This document shows, piece by piece, positions 13,989 through 14,255 of a stretch of 14,255 nucleotides of DNA. Position 1 is the first letter of the stretch. Every line of letters starts with the position of its first letter. A model generated the notes under the pieces. That model worked only from the letters and a program-made list of their open reading frames with translations, was not told the DNA's origin and searched no databases. The DNA comes from Candidatus Hadarchaeota archaeon (lineage in GTDB: Archaea; CAYQAE01; CAYVLA01). A program made the translations under genes and the position numbers. The stretch covers positions 1-14,255 of the forward strand of contig CAYVLA010000080.1 of NCBI GenBank assembly GCA_964452145.1. Direction: 5' to 3'.

Positions 13989-14255
13989 GCAGGAACCTCG
14001 CCAGTCTCTCTTGGCCCGCCTTGGTCAGAGAGCATCCTACTCTGGTGGAATCTACTCCATCAAGGGCCTCGACCACGACCATTTGTGGACAAGCCCTCGG
14101 AACGTTTAAGCAGTCAGCCAATGCCTTCTCGGGCCTCGCAATCAACACGCCGTCTTGGGCCGAGAATCCGTTGAAGAACCGCTTCTGCACCTTGTACTCC
14201 CTTACCGTCCGGCCCAGTATCGAATAGGACCTTCCGAATCTGGTCACAGCCAGCT
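13981..14255 (-). CDS. abiEi: AbiEi-family antitoxin / transcriptional regulator, C-terminal part (5' end outside the window)
   Basis: The frame is open to the window edge (...LAVTRFGRSYSILGRTVREYKVQKRFFNGFSAQDGVLIARPEKALADCL...). The FFxGF...IAxPEKALxD motif is typical of AbiEi C-terminal domains. 8-nt ATGATTGA overlap with the toxin start. Confidence 0.8.
   Translation of the reverse strand, partial: LAVTRFGRSYSILGRTVREYKVQKRFFNGFSAQDGVLIARPEKALADCLNVPRACPQMVVVEALDGVDSTRVGCSLTKAGQERLARFLHD

Noticed and set aside
1..14255. CRISPR arrays, tandem repeats, rRNA/tRNA, IS elements
   Set aside because: No regularly spaced repeats, structural RNA signatures, transposase motifs or terminal inverted repeats were seen on reading.

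Overview
GC-rich prokaryotic window, probably archaeal. The basis is AGG/AGA Arg and ATA Ile codons despite high GC, plus AT-rich BRE/TATA-like boxes upstream of several starts. Most of the window is an anaerobic carbohydrate-catabolism neighbourhood. It encodes a GH106 alpha-L-rhamnosidase-like hydrolase, a URO-D/MtaA-fold protein, a Zn-dependent polyol-type dehydrogenase and an unclassified GH42/GH151-like hydrolase. Converging on these are a glycyl-radical enzyme (GRE), its translationally coupled ferredoxin-containing radical-SAM activase and a HAD hydrolase. The GRE is compact (724 aa) and has non-canonical catalytic loops (STC371TE, RIGG700YLVPF). It is the best candidate for an undescribed system, possibly radical-based (deoxy)sugar or polyol chemistry; the substrate is inference only. 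On the left is a truncated signal-peptide-bearing protein gene that the ORF track misses. On the right are a likely decayed paralogue of that gene and an AbiEi/AbiEii type IV toxin-antitoxin pair. No rRNA, tRNA, CRISPR array or transposase was seen.
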